Assembly: GCA_020048795.1 (NCBI GenBank)
Contig: JAIFMA010000075.1
Location: forward strand, 1-43,783
Source of the DNA: Rhodoferax sp.
Lineage (GTDB): Bacteria > Pseudomonadota > Gammaproteobacteria > Burkholderiales > Burkholderiaceae_C
Direction: 5' to 3'
Length of the DNA stretch: 43,783 nt
Positions 9,005 through 17,938 of this stretch are shown here, piece after piece (the first letter of the stretch is position 1; the number at the start of each line of letters is the position of its first letter). Below the pieces are notes generated by a model. The model saw only the letters and a program-made list of their open reading frames with translations, searched no databases and was not told the origin of the DNA. A program made the translations under genes and the position numbers.

Positions 9005-10474
9005 ATGGGTCACAAACTGAAAATCACTGGCTGGATTTCCCTGGGGGTCTTAGCCGGTGCCCTGACCACGGTGTCCTTACAAACCGTGGCGCGCGGCACG
9101 CTGGCACCGTTGCCCCTGGAAGAGTTGCAACAGTTGGCCGCCGTATTTGGCATGGTCAAGAGCAATTATGTCGAACCGGTCGATGAGAAAAAGCTCATCA
9201 CCGATGCCATTGCCGGCATGGTGGCCGGGCTCGACCCGCATTCGGTGTACCTGGACAAAAAAGCGTTAAAAGATTTCAACGAGGGAACCACTGGCAAATT
9301 TGTCGGTGTTGGCATCGAAATTTCGCAAGAAGACGGGCTGGTCAAGGTGGTGTCGCCGATCGAAGGCTCGCCGGCTTTTCGGGCCGGGCTCAAACCCAAC
9401 GACCTGATCGTCAAGATTGACGACACCCCGGTCAAGGGTTTGTCGCTGAACGAGGCGGTTAAACGCATGCGTGGCGAGCCCAACACCAAAGTGCAGCTGA
9501 GCATTTTTCGCAAGGACGAAAACCGCACCTTTCCGGTCACCATCGTGCGCGAAGAAATTCGCACCCAGTCGGTGCGCAGCAAACTGGTGGAACCGGGATA
9601 CGCCTGGATTCGCGTTAGTCAGTTCCAGGAACGCACGGTGGCAGACTTTGCCCGCAAGATGGAAGAGATCTACAAACAAGAACCCAAGCTCAAGGGCTTG
9701 GTGCTGGATCTGCGCAATGACCCGGGCGGCTATCTGGATGCGGCAGTGGCCATCTCGGCTGCCTTTTTGCCCGAAAACGTGACTGTGGTGTCGGCCAATG
9801 GCCAGTTGGCAGAAAGCAAGTTCACTTACAAGGCTTCGCCGCGCTTCTACGCCCGACGCGGCGGCGACCCCCTTAAGCAGCTTGATGAGGTGACCCATGG
9901 TGCCCTGAAGTCGGTCGCGTTGGTTGTCCTGGTCAATGAAGGTTCAGCCTCGGCCAGCGAAATTGTGGCAGGTGCCCTGCAGGACCACAAACGCGCCAAG
10001 CTGCTGGGAAGTCAGACCTTTGGCAAGGGCTCGGTGCAAACGGCGGTCTGTCTGGACTCGGCCTTTCGCATGGACAACTGCCCCACGGCAGCGCTCAAGC
10101 TCACCACCAGCCGTTACTACACGCCCAGCGGCAAGTCAATCCAGGCCAAAGGTATCGTGCCTGACGTGATGATTGACGAAACCGAAGAAGGCAACCTGTT
10201 TGCCGCTCTGCGCACCCGGGAAGCCGATCTTGAAAAACACCTGGGCAGTGGCCAGGGTCAGGAGACCAAGGACGACAGCCGCGAAAAGGCACGCGAAGAG
10301 GCTCGCAAGAAACTCGAAGAAGAGTTGAAAAAGCCGGCAGCAGATCGTAAAGCGCCAGAATTTGGCTCAGACAAGGACTTCCAGCTCATCCAGGCCATCA
10401 AGCAACTCAAGGGTTTGCCCGTCATGGTCAGCAAGACCCAGGTGGAACGCACCGAAGAAAAGAAAGAGAACTAG
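9005..10474 (+). CDS. ctpA: Carboxyl-terminal processing protease, S41 family
   Basis: LDPHSVY, PDZ domain, LDLRNDPGG, SASASEIVAGALQD and TFGKGSVQ. Confidence 0.93.
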   Translation: MGHKLKITGWISLGVLAGALTTVSLQTVARGTLAPLPLEELQQLAAVFGMVKSNYVEPVDEKKLITDAIAGMVAGLDPHSVYLDKKALKDFNEGTTGKFVGVGIEISQEDGLVKVVSPIEGSPAFRAGLKPNDLIVKIDDTPVKGLSLNEAVKRMRGEPNTKVQLSIFRKDENRTFPVTIVREEIRTQSVRSKLVEPGYAWIRVSQFQERTVADFARKMEEIYKQEPKLKGLVLDLRNDPGGYLDAAVAISAAFLPENVTVVSANGQLAESKFTYKASPRFYARRGGDPLKQLDEVTHGALKSVALVVLVNEGSASASEIVAGALQDHKRAKLLGSQTFGKGSVQTAVCLDSAFRMDNCPTAALKLTTSRYYTPSGKSIQAKGIVPDVMIDETEEGNLFAALRTREADLEKHLGSGQGQETKDDSREKAREEARKKLEEELKKPAADRKAPEFGSDKDFQLIQAIKQLKGLPVMVSKTQVERTEEKKEN

Positions 10475-10487
10475 ACCGGCGATACGG

Positions 10488-11240
10488 ATGCAGGACGCTG
10501 ATCTGCTGCGCTACTCGCGCCATATCCTTCTCAATGAAATTGGCCTGGAAGGACAGGCGCTGATTCAAGGTGCGCAGGTGCTCATCATTGGGGCAGGCGG
10601 ATTGGGCTCACCCGCAGCACTGTATCTGGGCTCAGCCGGGGTTGGGCATATCACGCTGGTGGACGATGACCGGGTTGACCGAACCAACCTGCAGCGGCAG
10701 ATTGCCCATACCGAGGCCCGTGTTGGCCTGCCCAAGGTGCTGTCGATCCAGACAGCTATCCATGACATCAATCCGACCGTTAAAGTGACTGCCCTTGAGG
10801 CCCGGGCCGACGCTGCGCTGCTGGACCGGCTGGTTCGCGCTAACGATGTGGTGCTGGACTGCTGCGACAACTTTGCATCACGCCATGCCATCAATGCCGC
10901 CTGTGTGCGACACCACACACCGCTGGTTTCGGGTGCGGCGATCCGCTTTGATGCCCAGGTTTGTGTCTATGACTCGCGCAACGCGCAATCACCGTGTTAC
11001 GCCTGTGTTTTTTCGCCAGACACTCAGTTTGAAGAAACCCGCTGCGCCACCATGGGCGTATTTGCGCCCCTGGTGGGCATCGTGGGTAGCCTGCAGGCGG
11101 CCGAAGCGCTCAAACTCATCAGCAAAGTGGGACGCCCACTGACCGGCCGACTGCTGATGATTGACGGTCGGGCCATGGAATTCACCGAACTGGCGGTTGG
11201 CCGCAATGCCCGCTGCCCGGTTTGCGGCACGGCCGCCTGA
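10488..11240 (+). CDS. moeB: MoeB/ThiF family adenylyltransferase
   Basis: RYSRHILL, GAGGLG, TNLQRQ, CYAC and CPVC zinc motifs. Confidence 0.88.
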   Translation: MQDADLLRYSRHILLNEIGLEGQALIQGAQVLIIGAGGLGSPAALYLGSAGVGHITLVDDDRVDRTNLQRQIAHTEARVGLPKVLSIQTAIHDINPTVKVTALEARADAALLDRLVRANDVVLDCCDNFASRHAINAACVRHHTPLVSGAAIRFDAQVCVYDSRNAQSPCYACVFSPDTQFEETRCATMGVFAPLVGIVGSLQAAEALKLISKVGRPLTGRLLMIDGRAMEFTELAVGRNARCPVCGTAA

Positions 11241-11259
11241 GTGGCACCGCTTTGCCAGT

Positions 11260-11811
11260 TCAGGGTGGATAACAACTGCCGTGCCGCTGCCGAAAGTCGC
11301 GGGGCTGTTCGGGCTCAGTCGCTGAAAAAATACCCCTCCTGGCCCGGCGGGCAGTGCCTTCCTCTGAGGCATATGGCCCCAGGCTCCGCCGCCAGCGCGA
11401 CGACCAGGCGTAGCCAGCAGCCACCATCAGCGACCCCACATCCTCCTGCCCGACCCGGATTTTTGCCAGTCCGCGGCCATAGTTGTCGTAGTACCGCACT
11501 TCCACCTTCAAGGTCTTGGTAGCCACCAGCGCCCCAAGTGCGGCCCGAGCGGCTTCGCCACCCGATTGACAAATTTCAGGCGCATCCAGACCCTGCAGGC
11601 GCAGCTTGCGCGTGGGTCCACCGTCTGCAGGTTGCACCCATAGCGTATCGCCGTCCGACACAAGGGTAGCTCGGGCCGTAAACACCTCGGCCGCCACACC
11701 TTGCACCATGCCCAGCAACAGCCCGAGCATCGAACAACCTCGCAGCCACAAAAAACCCAGCGGGTCAGGCTGGGTTGGATTGCCGGGTCGGCCTGCGATC
11801 AGGCCGCGCAC
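11260..11811 (-). CDS. Thermonuclease (SNase-like) family secreted nuclease
   Basis: VSDGDT, LRLQGLDAPE, DNYGRGLA and ARRARRGIF; start may be ~11730. Confidence 0.88.
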   Translation of the reverse strand: MRGLIAGRPGNPTQPDPLGFLWLRGCSMLGLLLGMVQGVAAEVFTARATLVSDGDTLWVQPADGGPTRKLRLQGLDAPEICQSGGEAARAALGALVATKTLKVEVRYYDNYGRGLAKIRVGQEDVGSLMVAAGYAWSSRWRRSLGPYASEEGTARRARRGIFSATEPEQPRDFRQRHGSCYPP

Positions 11812-12969
11812 TTACTTGCCGCCGGGGATCTTGCCTTCCACACCCTTGACATAAAAGCTCAGACCACCCAGGAACTTGTCGTCCGCCACAGCATCCTTGG
11901 CCAACTGTTCTTTGCCGGTGTTGTCCACGATCGGGCCTTTCCAGATCACAAAGCTGCCGTCAGACAGACCTTTTTTCACTTCTTCTACCTTGGCCTTGGT
12001 ATCGGCCGGAACATCCTCGGCGATGGACACGATGTCAATCGCGCCTTCCTTCACACCCCACCAGGCGGCGCTGCCACCTTTCCAGTTGCCTTCCAGAGCT
12101 TCACGGGTGGACTTGATGTAATACGGACCCCAGTTGATCACCGCAGAGGCCAGGTGGGCTTTGGGGCCGTAGGCCGTCATGTCGGAATCCCAGCCAAAAG
12201 CGCGCTTGCCCTTGGCTTCAGCGGTCTTCAGCACGGCCGGTGAGTCGGTGTTCTGGAACAACACGTCAGCGCCGCCATTGATCAGGCTGGTGGCAGCTTC
12301 GGTTTCTTTCGGTGGGTCAAACCAGCCGTTGACCCAGACCACCTTGGTCTTGACCTTGGGGTTGCTGCTTTGCGCACCCAAGGTAAAGCTGTTGATATTG
12401 CGGATGACTTCAGGAATCGGGATCGAGGCCACCACACCCAAGGTGTTGCTCTTGGTCATCTTGCCGGCAATCACACCTGCCATGTAGGCGCCTTCGTAGG
12501 TGCGGCTGTCATAGGTGCGCATGTTCTCGGCCTGCTTGTAGCCGGTGGCATGCTCAAACTTGACATCCTTGAGATCAGCCGCCACCTTGAGCATCGGCTC
12601 CATGTAGCCAAAGGTGGTGCCAAAGATCAGCTTGTTGCCTTGTCCGGCCATATCACGAATGACACGTTCGGCATCAGCCGACTCGGGCACATTCTCGACA
12701 AACGAGGTCACGATCTTGTCGCCAAACTCTTTTTCAAGCGCCTTGCGGCCATTGTCATGTGCAAAGGTCCAGCCACCGTCGCCCACCGGGCCAACGTAAG
12801 CAAAGGCAATTTTCAGCGGTGCCGGCTTGGGCGCGGGTGCCGAGGCCACCGGGGCCGGTGCTGGCGCGGGAGCCGGCTCTTCCTTCTTGCCACAGCCCAC
12901 CAACGCAGCCGAAGCCACGGCGGTCAGGGCTGCTGCTTTGAGCAGCGAACGTTTTTGCAGGTCAGTCAT
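11812..12969 (-). CDS. BMP family ABC substrate-binding lipoprotein (purine/nucleoside)
   Basis: Lipobox LVGC; YVGPVGDGGWTFAH, GTTFGY and FEHATGYK. Confidence 0.92.
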   Translation of the reverse strand: MTDLQKRSLLKAAALTAVASAALVGCGKKEEPAPAPAPAPVASAPAPKPAPLKIAFAYVGPVGDGGWTFAHDNGRKALEKEFGDKIVTSFVENVPESADAERVIRDMAGQGNKLIFGTTFGYMEPMLKVAADLKDVKFEHATGYKQAENMRTYDSRTYEGAYMAGVIAGKMTKSNTLGVVASIPIPEVIRNINSFTLGAQSSNPKVKTKVVWVNGWFDPPKETEAATSLINGGADVLFQNTDSPAVLKTAEAKGKRAFGWDSDMTAYGPKAHLASAVINWGPYYIKSTREALEGNWKGGSAAWWGVKEGAIDIVSIAEDVPADTKAKVEEVKKGLSDGSFVIWKGPIVDNTGKEQLAKDAVADDKFLGGLSFYVKGVEGKIPGGK

Positions 12970-13036
12970 GTCTATTCCTTCAAACAGGGGGTTGCGACGG
13001 GGTTAAAAAAAGTTCAATTATGAATGAACCAGGCGT

Positions 13037-13957
13037 TCAGGCACCTGGATAAAAAGGTTTGCCAATGCTGGCTGGCATGTTGATGCGAATCCATTGCGGG
13101 TTGCGCGAGATCAGCGCCAGCACCACGATGGTGGCCACATAAGGCAACATGCTCAAAAACTGGCTCGGCACATCGACCCCAATGCCCTGCAAATGAAACT
13201 GTAGCATGGTGACACCACCGAACAGATAGGCACCCAGCAACACGCGCGCCGGGCGCCAGGTGGCAAAAGTGGTCAGCGCCAGCGCGATCCAGCCCTTGCC
13301 GGCCACCATACCCTCCACCCACAGCGGCGTGTAAACCACCGAAATATAGGCCCCCGCCAAGCCACACAGCGCCCCGCCCACCACCACCGCCAGCAGCCGG
13401 ATGCGGCGCACCGGGTAGCCCAGCGCATGGGCCGACTCGGGGCTTTCACCGACGCTGCGCATGATCAGGCCGCTGCGGGTGCGGTACATGAACCAGATCA
13501 GTGCCAAGGCCAGCAACACCGTCAGATAGACCAGCGGGTGGTGCCTGAACAGGGCCGGGCCAAGCAGCGGGATATCTGCCAGATAAGGCACCGCAAAACT
13601 GCTGCGCTCGGGGATTTTGGCCTGCACAAAATTGGTGCCAATGAAGGCTGAAAAACCGGTACCAAACAGCGTCAGCGCCAGCCCGGTGGCGTACTGGTTG
13701 GTATTGAGCCAGATCACCAACAAGCCAAAAACGGCCGCAAGCCCCGCCCCGACTGCCATGCCAGCTATGAATCCGAGAGTATCTGAGCCGGTGCCAACAA
13801 CCGTGGCAAAACCAGCAATCGCGGCGCACAGCATCATGCCCTCGGCACCCAGGTTGACGATTCCGACCTTTTCGTTGATCAGCAAGCCCAGCGAGGCAAT
13901 CGCCAGCACCGTGCCCGCGTTCAGTGTGGCCGCCAGCAGCAAGGCATAAGATTCCAT
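13037..13957 (-). CDS. ABC transporter permease (nucleoside type)
   Basis: EKVGIVNLGAEGMM, VGESPESA and GKGWIALAL. Confidence 0.92.
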   Translation of the reverse strand: MESYALLLAATLNAGTVLAIASLGLLINEKVGIVNLGAEGMMLCAAIAGFATVVGTGSDTLGFIAGMAVGAGLAAVFGLLVIWLNTNQYATGLALTLFGTGFSAFIGTNFVQAKIPERSSFAVPYLADIPLLGPALFRHHPLVYLTVLLALALIWFMYRTRSGLIMRSVGESPESAHALGYPVRRIRLLAVVVGGALCGLAGAYISVVYTPLWVEGMVAGKGWIALALTTFATWRPARVLLGAYLFGGVTMLQFHLQGIGVDVPSQFLSMLPYVATIVVLALISRNPQWIRINMPASIGKPFYPGA

Positions 13958-13965
13958 GGTTTACC

Positions 13966-15024
13966 TCAACCCTTCTGCCACTTCAGGCGGTAATTGACCA
14001 GGGTGTCGCAGGCCAGCAGGCTAAACAGCAGCAGACCCTGGAACACGCCGGTCAGCGATTTGGTCAGGCCCAGGCGCGACTGCGCCATTTCGCCACCAAT
14101 GTAAAACATGCTCATCAAAATGGCCGACAACACCATGCCCACCGGGTGCAGCCGCCCGACATAGGCGACGATGATGGCGGCAAAACCATAACCGGCCGGC
14201 ACATAGGGTGTGAGCTGGCCAATCGGCCCGGCGACTTCCAGCGCACCGGCCAGCCCGGCCGCTCCACCCGAGATCAGCAGCGCCGACCACAGCGCCCGGC
14301 GCGACGAAAAACCGGCATAACGCGCTGCCGCCGGAGCCAGCCCGCCCACCTGCAAGGAAAAACCGGTGCGGGTCCGAAACAAAAACACCCACAGGCCCGC
14401 CACCCCGGCCACGGCCAGCAGCACGCCAATGCTGACCCGCGAGCCGTCAAACAGGCGCGGAATGCGTGCCACCGCCTCGAAGTTCTTGCTTTGCGGAAAA
14501 TTGAAGCCACCGGGGTCTTTCCATGGGCCGCCGACCAGGTAGCTCAAGACCTGCACCGCCACATACACCAGCATCAGGCTGACCAGAATTTCATTGGCGT
14601 TAAAGCGGTCGCGCAGCACCGCCGTGATGCTGGCCCACGCCATGCCACCCAGCATGCCGGCCAGCATGACGGCCAGCACCAGCCAACGGCTTGACTGGGC
14701 ATCGGCCATCAGCGCCACACCGGCCGCCGCAATGGCCCCGATGATGTACTGCCCCTCGGCCCCGATGTTCCAGACGTTGGACCTGAAACACACGGCCAGC
14801 CCCAGCGCAATGAGCAGCAGCGGTGTCGCCTTGACCAGCAACTCGCCCCAGGCATAACCGCTTTTGATCGGCAGCCAGAAAAACATCTCCAGCCCGCGCA
14901 GCGGGTCTTTGCCCAGCGCGGTGAACATCAACACACCGATGACCACGGTGATGCCCAGCGCCAGCAGTGGCGAGGCGTAGGTCCAGGTAGCGGACGGCTC
15001 GGCGCGGGCTTCAAGCTTGAGCAT
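13966..15024 (-). CDS. ABC transporter permease (nucleoside type)
   Basis: WNIGAEGQ, ANEILVSLML and GYGFAAIIVA. Confidence 0.92.
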   Translation of the reverse strand: MLKLEARAEPSATWTYASPLLALGITVVIGVLMFTALGKDPLRGLEMFFWLPIKSGYAWGELLVKATPLLLIALGLAVCFRSNVWNIGAEGQYIIGAIAAAGVALMADAQSSRWLVLAVMLAGMLGGMAWASITAVLRDRFNANEILVSLMLVYVAVQVLSYLVGGPWKDPGGFNFPQSKNFEAVARIPRLFDGSRVSIGVLLAVAGVAGLWVFLFRTRTGFSLQVGGLAPAAARYAGFSSRRALWSALLISGGAAGLAGALEVAGPIGQLTPYVPAGYGFAAIIVAYVGRLHPVGMVLSAILMSMFYIGGEMAQSRLGLTKSLTGVFQGLLLFSLLACDTLVNYRLKWQKG

Positions 15025-16594
15025 GATCGACCTCCTGCGCGGCATCAAGCAGGGCATCTTTTGCCGCCAGATGCGCCTGCACTGCGTGGTCCCACAAGCC
15101 GCTCATCCATTCGCCAATTTGTTCCACCGTGGCCTGCGCCGTTGGCACCGAGGGCGACAACTGGCCACGCGCAATCACATGCAGGCGGTCAGACACTTCA
15201 AACAGTTCGTCCAGCTCTTCACTGACCACCAGCACGGCGCAACCGGCATTACGCAGCGCCAGGATTTCGCCGCGAATCTGCGCCGCCGCACCCACATCAA
15301 CACCCCAGGTGGGTTGCGAGACGATAAATAACTTGGGGTTGGCATCGATTTCGCGTCCCACAATGAATTTTTGCAAATTTCCGCCTGACAGCGAACGCGC
15401 CAGCGAGCGCGGCCCACCGGCCTTGACCTTGAAGCGGGCAATGATGCCAGCGGCTTGCGTCTCCAGTTGTTTGACGCGAATCCAGCCGCCCAAAAACCCC
15501 CGGTAGGCAATCGCCTCCTGGCGCGTCAGCAACAGGTTGTGCGCCAGTGACAAGGTCGGCACGGCCCCGCGGCCAAGACGTTCTTCAGGCACAAAATACA
15601 AACCGAGCTTGCGCCGATGGCCCGGGTGCAGCCTTGACACGTCGATACGGCCAATGCGCACGGCTCCCGCTGCGGCACGGACATCTTCGCCCGACAGCGC
15701 ACACAACAGTTCCTTTTGGCCATTGCCCGAGACCCCGGCAATGCCCACCACTTCGCCCGAGCGCACTTCAAAGCTGATGGCTTCCAGATCAACGCCAAAC
15801 TGGTCTTCACGCGGCAGGATCAGGTTGGCCACCCGCAACACCGACGGGCCGGGCTCTTGCGCGCGGTGGGTAAGCTGCGGTGGCTCGGCACCAATCATCA
15901 TTTTGGACAGCGATGCGTTGCTCTCTTGCGACGGGTTGCAGACCCCGGTCACTTTGCCACCCCGCAACACCGTGCAGGCGTTGCAAAGTTCACGGATTTC
16001 ATGCAGCTTGTGGCTGATGTACAAAATGCTGCAGCCCTCGCTGGCAAGCTTTTTCAGTACCACAAACAGTTTTTCGACCGCCTGCGGGGTCAGCACCGAG
16101 GTCGGTTCGTCCAGAATCAGCAGTTGCGGGTTGGTCAATAGTGCGCGGATGATCTCGACACGCTGCATTTCACCCACGCTCAAGGTGTGCACCGGGCGCT
16201 GCGGGTCGATGTCAAGCCCGTATTCGGTGGCCTTGGACTCGATGCTGCGGGTGACCTCTTGCAGGCTCAAGGTTTTGCTCAACCCCAGCCAGACGTTTTC
16301 AGCCACGGTGATGGTGTCAAACAGGCTGAAATGCTGGAACACCATGCTGATGCCCAGGGCCCGCGCCTCTTGCGGGTTTTTGATGTGCACCAGTTGGCCG
16401 TTGAACAGCACCGTGCCCTGATCGGGTTTGACCGAGCCATAAATGATTTTCATCAGGGTCGATTTACCGGCACCGTTTTCACCCAGCACCGCATGGGTTT
16501 GACCCGGCAAGACGGTCAGCGACACGTCGCTATTGGCCACCACGCTGGGGTAACGCTTGGTGATGCCGGAGAGTTGCAGTCGGGGTGTGCTCAT
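15011..16594 (-). CDS. ABC transporter ATP-binding protein with two NBDs (CUT2 type)
   Basis: GENGAGKST, LILDEPT, LSGGNLQK and QPTWGVD. Confidence 0.95.
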   Translation of the reverse strand: MSTPRLQLSGITKRYPSVVANSDVSLTVLPGQTHAVLGENGAGKSTLMKIIYGSVKPDQGTVLFNGQLVHIKNPQEARALGISMVFQHFSLFDTITVAENVWLGLSKTLSLQEVTRSIESKATEYGLDIDPQRPVHTLSVGEMQRVEIIRALLTNPQLLILDEPTSVLTPQAVEKLFVVLKKLASEGCSILYISHKLHEIRELCNACTVLRGGKVTGVCNPSQESNASLSKMMIGAEPPQLTHRAQEPGPSVLRVANLILPREDQFGVDLEAISFEVRSGEVVGIAGVSGNGQKELLCALSGEDVRAAAGAVRIGRIDVSRLHPGHRRKLGLYFVPEERLGRGAVPTLSLAHNLLLTRQEAIAYRGFLGGWIRVKQLETQAAGIIARFKVKAGGPRSLARSLSGGNLQKFIVGREIDANPKLFIVSQPTWGVDVGAAAQIRGEILALRNAGCAVLVVSEELDELFEVSDRLHVIARGQLSPSVPTAQATVEQIGEWMSGLWDHAVQAHLAAKDALLDAAQEVDHAQA

Positions 16595-16680
16595 GAATGC
16601 TGAAATGGCTCGGAAATGGTTGTCATGCCTGAGGTCGGACGGAACAAGTGTGTATTCTCAGCGAAAGTCGTATCGTTCAA

Positions 16681-16696
16681 AGCAAATACGATGCCA
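16681..16696 (-). promoter_or_regulatory. Sigma54 (RpoN) -24/-12 promoter of the purine/nucleoside ABC operon
   Basis: Minus strand TGGCAT-CGTAT-TTGCT matches TGGCAC-N5-TTGCW with exact GG-N10-GC spacing, ~87 bp upstream of the ATPase ATG. Confidence 0.7.
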
Positions 16697-16975
16697 TCAT
16701 GGCAGAAATTTCGCATGAACCGGCTTGGTTTGCCCTCGTCTTTTTTGAAAAACAAGCATGGGCCTGTTTGGCGTGGGCCAGAACCAGGTCTGCCTGGGCC
16801 TGCCAGGGGTCAAGCTGAGCAGGACCACACGTTCGTTGCGCAAAACCCGCATGGGTTTCAGCCTTGGCCAGATTGGTGTCACGCTCTGCGGTGTCAAGAA
16901 AAGCCAGCACATGGGGTGCGATTCAAAGTGACCCAAGACCTGCTTTTTCAAGCCGACGCTGCTGCCGGTCTGCCA

Positions 16976-17884
16976 TCAACGCCGATAGCCACTTGAGCTA
17001 AAGACAAAGATCCCCGCCACCACCAGCACTGAGCCCAGCGCCACCCAGGCGGTAAACGGTTCGCCCAAAATCAGCACCCCCATCAAAATGGTGGACATCG
17101 GCCCGACCATGCCGGTTTGAGCAGCCAATGAGGCACCGATACGCTCAATGGCCATCATCACCATCAGCACCGGCACCACCGTGCACAGCGTGGCATTGAG
17201 CACCGACAGCCAGATCACTTCGGGTGCCACCAGCGCCGCCGCCAGCGGCCGCAGCAGCACAAACTGACCAATACACAACACACAGGCCACGGTGCTGGCC
17301 AGGCCCACCAAGCGCAAGGAGCCCAGCCGCTTGACCATTTCACCACTGAAGCTCAGGTAAATGGCATAACTCACCGCGCTCAGCAACACCAGCAGCGCAC
17401 CCAGCGCAGCGTCGGCACCTTCAAGCTTGATTTCGTGGCCAAAAACAAACAGCACACCGCCATAACTGATGGCCATGCCCAGCACCTGACGGCGTGAAAT
17501 ATGCCGTTTGTAAAGCACCAGCCCCAACAGCAGCACCAGCGTCGGGTTCAGGTAAAGAATCAGCCGCTCCAGTGCAGCACTGATATAGGCCAGCCCGGCA
17601 AAGTCCAGAAAGCTGGCCAGGTAGTAGCCGGTAAAACCCAGCCCCAGCACCCCCCAGACATCGTGGCGCGTCAGCCCTGGCTTGCCCCGACTGGCCCACC
17701 AGGCCATCAGCACAAAAATGGGCAAGGCAAACAACATGCGGTACATGATCAAGGTGACCGCATCCACACCATGGCGATAGGCCAGCTTGACAATGATGGC
17801 CTTGCCGCTGAAGGCAATGGCGCCCAAAGTCGCCAGCAGCAACCCAACAACTATTGTTTTAGGAGCTTCTTGCGCTTTATCCAT
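16976..17884 (-). CDS. EamA/DMT family transporter
   Basis: FSGKAIIVKLAY, LERLILYLNPT and GMVGPMSTI; about 10 TM helices. Confidence 0.9.
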   Translation of the reverse strand: MDKAQEAPKTIVVGLLLATLGAIAFSGKAIIVKLAYRHGVDAVTLIMYRMLFALPIFVLMAWWASRGKPGLTRHDVWGVLGLGFTGYYLASFLDFAGLAYISAALERLILYLNPTLVLLLGLVLYKRHISRRQVLGMAISYGGVLFVFGHEIKLEGADAALGALLVLLSAVSYAIYLSFSGEMVKRLGSLRLVGLASTVACVLCIGQFVLLRPLAAALVAPEVIWLSVLNATLCTVVPVLMVMMAIERIGASLAAQTGMVGPMSTILMGVLILGEPFTAWVALGSVLVVAGIFVFSSSGYRR

Positions 17885-17903
17885 AAGGGCTACAGGCCTA
17901 TTT
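17849..17903 (+). repeat. 55-bp double-dyad motif, copy 3 (overlaps EamA start)
   Basis: AACTATTGTTTTAGGAGCT-TCTTGCGC-TTTATCCATA-AGGGCT-ACAGGCCTATTT. Confidence 0.85.
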
Positions 17904-17938
17904 CACCGATAACGCGGGGACGGGGATGGGGATGGGCT

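Noticed and set aside
16860-16920. Possible NtrC enhancer sites upstream of the sigma54 promoter
   Set aside because: The best match to TGCACC-N5-GGTGCA is only about 10/17.
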